In this document: piece after piece, positions 62,781 to 64,000 of the stretch | How positions within the stretch are numbered: position 1 is the first letter of the stretch | Layout: each line of letters starts with the position of its first letter | Assembly (NCBI GenBank): GCA_963755915.1 | Contig: CAVWLP010000002.1 | Span: 4,416,001-4,480,000 of the forward strand | Reading direction: 5' to 3' | DNA: 64,000 nucleotides | Origin: an uncultured Phycisphaerales bacterium | GTDB taxonomy: Bacteria > Planctomycetota > Phycisphaerae > Tepidisphaerales > Tepidisphaeraceae | Program-made: the position numbers and the translations under genes | Notes under the pieces: generated by a model | Database searches by the model: none | Told to the model about the DNA's origin: nothing | Seen by the model: only the letters and a program-made list of their open reading frames with translations

Positions 62781-63446
62781 CTATTCTTCCACTTTCTTGA
62801 CGCGAGCCGTGATGGACTTACGAACAAAAAGGACGCCGCCGTTGGGTCCGGGCAGGCATCCTTTGATCAGCAGCAGGTTGTTTTCTTTGTCGATCTTAAC
62901 GAGGGGATGATTTCGAACGGTGACCTGGTCCATGCCCATATGGCCCGCCATGCGGACGCCTTTTTTGGGCTTACCACACTGACCGCGCCACGTCGCTCTC
63001 GAGGCGATCGAGCCGGGCGAGCGATGCTTTCTTTCCGTTCCGTGCGACGCCGGCTGGCCGCCGAAATGGTGGCGCTTCATCACACCGGCCGTACCCTTGC
63101 CTTTGCTGGTACCGATGACGTCGACAAACTGCACGTCATTGAACAGATCCACTTTCACTTCCGCCCCGGGCGCCAGATCGGTCGCGTCCTTCAACCGGAT
63201 CTCGCGGAAAAACCGCTTGGGCCCAACCCCCGCCTTGGCTGCATGCCCAATCAGCGGCATCCGGCTCAGCTTCGCCTTCGTGTCTTTATAGCCAAGCTGC
63301 ACCGCGTTATAGCCATCGGTGTCAACCTTCTTCACTTGCGTCACATGGCATTGCCCGCCCTGCACGACTGTAACGGGGACAACGCTCCCCTTCTCGTCAT
63401 AGACGCGGGTCATGCCGATTTTGGTTCCAAGTAGTGCCGGCGTCAT
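62781..63446 (-). CDS. rplC: 50S ribosomal protein L3
   Basis: LLGTKIGMT, DGYNAVQ, GTSKGKG..GVMKRH, RMAGHMG. Confidence 0.97.
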   Translation of the reverse strand: MTPALLGTKIGMTRVYDEKGSVVPVTVVQGGQCHVTQVKKVDTDGYNAVQLGYKDTKAKLSRMPLIGHAAKAGVGPKRFFREIRLKDATDLAPGAEVKVDLFNDVQFVDVIGTSKGKGTAGVMKRHHFGGQPASHGTERKHRSPGSIASRATWRGQCGKPKKGVRMAGHMGMDQVTVRNHPLVKIDKENNLLLIKGCLPGPNGGVLFVRKSITARVKKVEE

Positions 63447-63471
63447 GGCCGTAACCTTTCGCTCTTATCCA

Positions 63472-63540
63472 AGTGCCGCCGGTGTCCTCACCGGCGGAAT
63501 TCGCAGTCCAAAAACCGCCGGTGAGGACACCGGCGGCACT
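63472..63540. repeat. REP-like inverted doublet (perfect 26-bp arms)
   Basis: AGTGCCGCCGGTGTCCTCACCGGCGG...CCGCCGGTGAGGACACCGGCGGCACT. Confidence 0.75.
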
Positions 63541-63615
63541 GAAGTGCGAAAACTCTCCGAGACACGCGGCCCTTTTCAGGGCATTTGGGTTCTTGGTTGA
63601 ACCCCACGGTCTAGC

Positions 63616-63645
63616 AACAAAAAACGCTCCTTAAATCAGGAGCGT
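63616..63645 (-). terminator. Intrinsic terminator/attenuator-like hairpin just after rpsJ
   Basis: On the minus strand: ACGCTCCT-GATTTA-AGGAGCGT followed by TTTTTGTT. Confidence 0.65.
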
Positions 63646-63661
63646 GTATCAATTAAAAAAA

Positions 63662-63970
63662 TCAGGCCTTGATCTTAACAAACACACCGGCCGGTACGAC
63701 CAGCCGGTTAAGCGCCTCCACCGTCCTGGCCGTCGGCTCGAAGATGTCGATCACGCGCTTATGCGTGCGCATCTCGAACTGCTCCCGGCTCTTCTTATCA
63801 ATGTGCGGGCTGCGAAGCACCGTATACCGCTCGATCCGCGTCGGAACCGGAATCGGCCCACAAACCCGGGCATTGGTCCGCTTGGCGTGGTCAACAATCT
63901 CCCGCGCCGAGGCGTCAAGTGCCCGGTGGTCATAAGCTTCCATCCGAATTCGAATCCGATCACCTTGCAT
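63662..63970 (-). CDS. rpsJ: 30S ribosomal protein S10
   Basis: [36 protein letters not shown]. Confidence 0.97.
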   Translation of the reverse strand: MQGDRIRIRMEAYDHRALDASAREIVDHAKRTNARVCGPIPVPTRIERYTVLRSPHIDKKSREQFEMRTHKRVIDIFEPTARTVEALNRLVVPAGVFVKIKA

Positions 63971-64000
63971 ACTGTTCTCGCAAACGTCTTTTGCTTCCTT

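Noticed and set aside
1-64000. CRISPR array, rRNA, prophage or defence genes
   Set aside because: By eye I found no regularly spaced repeat-spacer units and no recognisable cas, phage or rRNA sequence.

Overview
GC-rich bacterial window, most likely from a planctomycete (Phycisphaerae/Tepidisphaerales-like; inferred from the many PEP-CTERM proteins, T-T-R-P/T-Q-P linker motifs and dockerin-like PEP-CTERM adhesin). 1-2.9 kb holds a TonB-dependent receptor-tonB-exbB-exbD operon with an extra coiled-coil gene. 3-13.7 kb holds a sigma54 activator lacking a sensory domain, three palindromic candidate enhancer sites, a -24/-12 promoter, a small ORF, an array of seven PEP-CTERM genes with an embedded pseudo-receiver gene, a sterol-desaturase-family gene, and a glycosyltransferase bracketed by a duplicated desaturase 3' end. 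14-27 kb holds MdtABC plus an outer-membrane factor, a GH2 glycosidase and an alpha/beta hydrolase. 27.2-30.9 kb is an integrase-less islet bounded by a duplicated tRNA-Leu(CAA) 3' end. 31-48 kb holds a large PEP-CTERM adhesin, a deiodinase-like protein, an IS4 element, a KaiC-like ATPase/hybrid kinase pair and envelope genes. 48.6-64 kb is the S10-spc-alpha ribosomal cluster on the minus strand, with REP-like elements between genes. About 14 small indels, including in rpoA and rplQ, look like sequencing/assembly errors rather than biology. The best candidate for a new system is the apparently split sigma54 circuit controlling the PEP-CTERM array.
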